This document shows, in pieces, positions 58,901 to 64,000 of a stretch of DNA of 64,000 nucleotides. Position 1 is the first letter of the stretch, and each line of letters starts with the position of its first letter. Location of the stretch: the NCBI GenBank assembly GCA_964016885.1, contig OZ024740.1, forward strand, positions 18,600,001 to 18,664,000, given 5' to 3'. The translations under genes and the position numbers were made by a program. This stretch comes from Eledone cirrhosa. Taxonomy: Eukaryota. The notes beneath the pieces were generated by a model. The model had not been told where the DNA came from and did no database searches. It saw nothing but the letters and a program-made list of their open reading frames with translations.

Positions 58901-61900
58901 TTGACCTATACTAAAGGACTTCACTGATAGGGTTATGTGTGTTATAATTTACCAGTTGACCTATACTAAAAGGCTCCACTGATAGTGTTATGTGTGTTAT
59001 AATGTCCCAGTTGACCTATACTAAAGGACTTCACTGATAGGCTTATGTGTGTTATAATGTCTCAGTTGACCTATACTAAAAGGCTCCACTGATAGGGTTA
59101 TGTGTGTTATAATGTCCCAGTTGACCTATACTAAAGGACTTCACTGATAGGGTTATGTGTGTTATAATTTCCCAGTTGACCTATACTAAAAGGCTCCACT
59201 GATAGGCTTATGTGTGTTATAATGTCCCAGTTTACCTATACTAAAAGGCTCCACTGATAGGGTTATGTGTGTTATAATGTCCCAATTGACCTATGCTAAA
59301 GGACTTCACTGATAGGGTTATGTGTGTTATAATTTCCCAGTTGACCTATACTAAAGGACTTCACTGATAGGGTTATGTGTGTTATAATGTCCCAGTTGAC
59401 CTATACTAAAGGAGTTCACTGATAGGGTTATGTGTGTTATAATTTCCCAGTTGACCTATACTAAAGGACTTCACTGATAGGGTTATGTGTGTTATAATTT
59501 CCCAGTTGACCTATACTAAAGGACTTCACTGATAGGGTTATGTGTGTTATAATTTCCCAGTTGACCTATACTAAAGGAGTTCACTGATAGGGTTATGTGT
59601 GTTATAATGTCCCAGTTGACCTATACTATAGGGCTCCATTGATAGTGTTATGTGTGTTATAACGTCCCAGTTGACCTATACTTAAGGGCTTCACTGATAG
59701 TGTTATGTGTGTTATAATGTCCCAGTTGACCTATACTAAAGGACTTCACTGATAGGGTTATGTGTGTTATAATGTCCCAGTTGACCTATACTAAAGGGCT
59801 CCATTGATAGTGTTATGTGTGTTATAATGTCCCAGTTGACCTATACTAAAGGACTTCACTGATAGGGTTATGTGTGTTATAATGTCCCAGTTGACCTATA
59901 CTAAAGGACTTCACTGATAGGGTTATGTGTGTTATAATGTCCCAGTTGACCTATACTAAAAGGCTCCACTGATAGGGTTATGTGTGTTATAATGTCCCAG
60001 TTGACCTATACTAAAGGACTTCACTGATAGGGTTATGTGTGTTATAATGTCCCAGTTGACCTATACTAAAGGGCTCCATTGATAGTGTTATGTGTGTTAT
60101 AATGTCCCAGTTGACCTATACTAAAGGACTTCACTGATAGGGTTATGTGTGTTATAATGTCCCAGTTGACCTATACTAAAGGACTTCACTGATAGGGTTA
60201 TGTGTGTTATAATGTCCCAGTTGACCTATACTAAAGGGCTTCACTGATAGTGTTATGTGTTATAATGTCCCAGTTGACCTATACTAAAGGGCTTCACTGA
60301 TAGTGTTATGTGTGTTATAATGTCCCAGTTGACCTATACTAAAAGACTTCACTGATAGGGTTATGTGTGTTATAATGTCCCAGTTGACCTATACTAAAGG
60401 GCTTCACTGATAGTGTTATGTGTTATAATGTCCCAGTTGACCTATACTAAAGGGCTTCACCGATAGTGTTATGTGTGTTATAATGTCCCAGTTGACCTAT
60501 ACTAAAGGGCTTCACCGATAGTGTTATGTGTGTTATAATGTCCCAGTTGACCTATACTAAAGGGCTTCACTGATAGTGTTATATGTTATAATGTCCTAGT
60601 TGACCTATACTAAAGGGCTTCACTGATAGTGTTATGTGTGTTATAATGTCCCAGTTGACCTATACTAAAAGACTTCACTGATAGGGTTATGTGTGTTATA
60701 ATGTCCCAGTTGACCTATACTAAAGGACTTCACTCATAGGGTTATGTGTGTTATAATGTCCCAGTCGACCTATACTAAAGGACTTCACTGATAGTGTTAT
60801 GTGTGTTATAATGTCCCAGTTGAACTATACTAAAAGACTTCACTGATAGGGTTATGTGTGTTATAATATCCCTAGTTGAACTATACTAAAGGGCTTCACT
60901 GATAGTGTTATGTGTGTTATAATTTCCCAGTTGACCTATACTAACGGGCTTCACTGATAGTGTTATGTGTGTTATAATGTCCCAGTTGACCTATACTAAT
61001 GGATTTAACTGATAGTGTCATGTGTGTTATAATGTTTCAGTTGACCTATACTAAAGGACTTCACTGATAGGGTTATGTGTTATAATGTCCCAGTTGACCT
61101 ATACTAAAGGGCTTCACTGATAGGCTTATGTGTTATAATGTCCCAGTTGACCTATACTAAAGGGCTTCACTGATAGTGTTATGTGTGTTATAATGTCCCA
61201 GTTGACCTATACTAAAGGACTTCACTGATAGGGTTATGTGTGTTATAATTTCCCAGTTGACCTATACTAAAAGGCTCCACTGATAGGCCTATGTGTGTTA
61301 TAATGTCCCAGTTGACCTATACTAAAGGACTTCACTGATAGTGTTATGTGTTATAATGTCCCAGTTGACCTATACTAAAGGGCTTCACTGATAGTGTTAT
61401 GTGTGTTATAATGTCCCAGTTGACCTATACTGATGGATTTCATTGATAGTGTCATGTGTGTTATAATGTCCCAGTTGACCTATACTAAAGGACTTCACTG
61501 ATAGTGTTATGTGTTATAATGTCCCAGTTGACCTATACTAAAGGGCTTCACTGATAGTGTTATGTGTGTTATAATGTCCCATTTGACCTATACTAAAGGA
61601 CTTCACTGATAGGGTTATGTGTGTTATAATTTCCCAGTTGACCTATACTAAAAGGCTCCACTGATAGGGTTATGTGTGTTATAATTTCCCAGTTGACCTA
61701 TACTTAAGGAGTTCACTGATAGGGTTATGTGTGTTATAATGTCCCAGTTGACCTATACTTAAGGGCTTCACTGATAGTGTTATGTGTGTTATAATGTCCC
61801 AGTTGACCTATACTAAAGGACTTCACTGATAGGGTTATGTGTGTTATAATGTCCCAGTTGACCTATACTAAAGGGCTCCATTGATAGTGTTATGTGTGTT

Positions 61901-64000
61901 ATAACGTCCCAGTTGACCTATACTAAAGGACTTCACTGATAGGGTTATGTGTGTTATAATGTCCCAGTTGACCTATACTAAAGGACTTCACTGATAGTGT
62001 TATGTGTTATAATGTCTCAGTTGACATATACTAAAGGACTTCACTGATAGGGTTATGTGTGTTATAATGTCCCAGTTGACCTATACTAAAGGACTTCACT
62101 GATAGGGTTATGTGTGTTATAATGTCCCAGTTGACCTGTACTAAAGGACTTCACTGATAGGGTTATGTGTGTTATAATGTCCCAGTTGACCTATACTAAA
62201 GGACTTCACTGATAGGGTTACGTGTGTTATAATGTCCCAGTTGACCTATACTAAAGGACTTCACTGATAGGGTTATGTGTGTTATAATGTCCCAGTTGAC
62301 CTATACTAAAGGACTTCACTGATAGGGTTATGTGTGTTATAATGTCCCAGTTGACCTATACTAAAGGACTTCACTGATAGGGTTATGTGTGTTATAATGT
62401 CCCAGTTGACCTATACTAAAGGGCTTCACTGATAGTGTCATGTGTTATAATGTCCCAGTTGACCTTATACTAAAAGGCTCCACTGATAGGCTTATGTGGT
62501 TTATAATGTCCCAGTTGACCTATACTAAAAGGCTCCACTGATATGGTTATGTGTGTTATAATGTCCCAGTTGACCTATACTAAAGGGCTTCACTGATAGG
62601 GTTATGTGTGTTATAATGTCCCAGTTGACCTATACTAAAGGGCTTCACTGATAGTGTCATGTGTTATAATGTCCCAGTTGACCTATACTAAAGGGCTTCA
62701 CTGATAGTGTTATGTGTGTTATAATGTCCCAGTTGACCTATACTAAAGGACTTCACTGATAGGGTTATGTGTGTTATAATGTCCCAGTTGACCTATACTA
62801 AAGGACTTCACTGATAGTGTTATGTGTGTTATAATGTCCCAGTTGAACTATACTAAAGGACTTCACTTATAGGGTTATGTGTGTTATAATGTCCCAGTTG
62901 ACCTATACTAAAGGGCTTCACTGATAGTGTTATGTGTGTTATAATGTCCCTGTTGACCTATACTAAAGGACTTCACTGATAGTGTTATGTGTGTTATAAT
63001 GTCCCAGTTGACCTATACTAAAGGGCTTCACTGATAGTGTTATGTGTGTTATAATGTCCCAGTTGACCTATACTAAAGGGCTTCACTGATAGTTTTATGT
63101 ATGTTATAATGTCCCAGTTGACCTATTCTAAAGGACTTCACTGATAGTGTTATGTGTGTTATAATGTCCCAGTTGACCTATACTAAAGGGCTTCACTGAT
63201 AGTGTTATGTGTGTTATAATGTCCCAGTTGACCTATACTAAAGGACTTCACTGATAGTGTTATGCGTGTTATAATGTCCCAGTTGACCTTATACTAAAAG
63301 GCTCCACTGATAGGCTTATGTGGTTTATAATGTCCCAGTTGACCTATACTAAAAGGCGCCACTGATATGGTTATGTGTGTTATAATGTCCCAGTTGACCT
63401 ATACTAAAGGGCTTCACTGATAGGGTTATGTGTGTTATAATGTCCCAGTTGACCTATACTAAAGGGCTTCACTGATAGTGTCATGTGTTATAATGTCCCA
63501 GTTGACCTATACTAAAGGGCTTCACTGATAGTGTTATGTGTGTTATAATGTCCCAGTTGACCTATACTAAAAGACTTCACTGATAGGGTTATGTGTTATA
63601 ATGTCCCAGTTGACCTATACTAAAGGACTTCACTGATAGGGTTATGTGTGTTATAATGTCCCAGTTGACCTATACTTAAGGGCTTCACTGATAGTGTTAT
63701 GTGTGTTGTAATGACCCAGTGGACCTATACTAAAGGGCTTCACCGATAGTGTTATGTGTGTTATAATGTCCCAGTTGACCTATACTAAAGAGCTTCACTG
63801 ATAGTGTTATATGTTATAATGTCCTAGTTGACCTATACTAAAGGGCTTCACTGATAGTGTTATGTGTGTTATAATGTCCCAGTTGACCTATACTAAAAGA
63901 CTTCACTGATAGGGTTATGTGTGTTATAATGTCCCAATTGACCTATACTAAAGGACTTCACTGATAGGGTTATGTGTGTTATAATGTCCCAGTTGACCTA

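Larger units (their letters stand above)
1..64000. repeat. Tandem satellite array, 55-bp monomer (frequent 53-bp, rare 54- and 56-bp variants), ~1,170 copies, single orientation, truncated at both window edges
   Basis: Seen directly: positions 1-55 repeat at 56, 111, 166 and so on to the end. The core ATGTCCCAGTTGACCTATACTAA is nearly invariant. The common polymorphisms are monomer position 41 (A/G), position 54 (G/T) and loss of one TG from ATGTGTGTT. Copy number is window length divided by ~54.7. Confidence 0.99.

Noticed and set aside
1-64000. CRISPR array (conserved ~26-35 bp core alternating with a more variable ~20 bp)
   Set aside because: The variable part is the same sequence with a few substitutions, not unique spacers. 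There is no leader and no cas gene.
1-64000. Repeat-protein coding sequence
   Set aside because: On the + strand all three frames have stops within each monomer (TAA 13, TGA 25, TAA 35, TGA 48, TAG 51). On the - strand one frame is open within a monomer, but 55 is not a multiple of 3, so it stops in the next unit.
1-64000. Methylation-driven CpG decay (CpG variants at most consensus TpG sites: TACGTG, ATGCGT, AACGTC, GTCGAC, ACCGA)
   Set aside because: T>C variants also occur at non-TpG sites (GTCA, TTACA, CAGCTG, CTACAC, CTCC), so no specific signal is supportable without counts and an outgroup.
1-64000. Telomeric repeat or CENP-B box
   Set aside because: TAGGGTTA occurs only as an isolated 8-mer in a subset of monomers, never as tandem TTAGGG. 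I saw no TTCG....A..CGGG motif.
1-64000. Hidden insertion, transposon remnant or strand inversion
   Set aside because: Reading through the window, every line conforms to the + orientation monomer. The reverse-complement core (CAACTGGGAC) and non-repeat stretches were not seen.

Overview
The whole 64-kb window is one uninterrupted, head-to-tail tandem array (satellite/large minisatellite) of a 55-bp AT-rich monomer. The consensus is TTATGTGTGTTATAATGTCCCAGTTGACCTATACTAAAGGRCTTCACTGATAGKG (~38% GC, no CpG), with roughly 1,170 copies. The array runs off both ends and keeps one orientation. I see no unique DNA, gene, RNA gene, transposon or CRISPR spacer, and no evidence for a new protein-based system. 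What the window does contain is internal architecture, traced by hand through rare variant monomers. Nested duplications occur at many scales (110, 165, 220, 548, 658, 824, 1,535, 2,078, ~2,950, ~3,770, 6,506 and 11,653 bp). Four domains carry different diagnostic variants, and two duplication lengths (~54 and ~69 monomers) each recur in two domains. Offsets come from marker positions; block boundaries are approximate (+/- one monomer). The organism cannot be identified, though a eukaryote is likely (inference).
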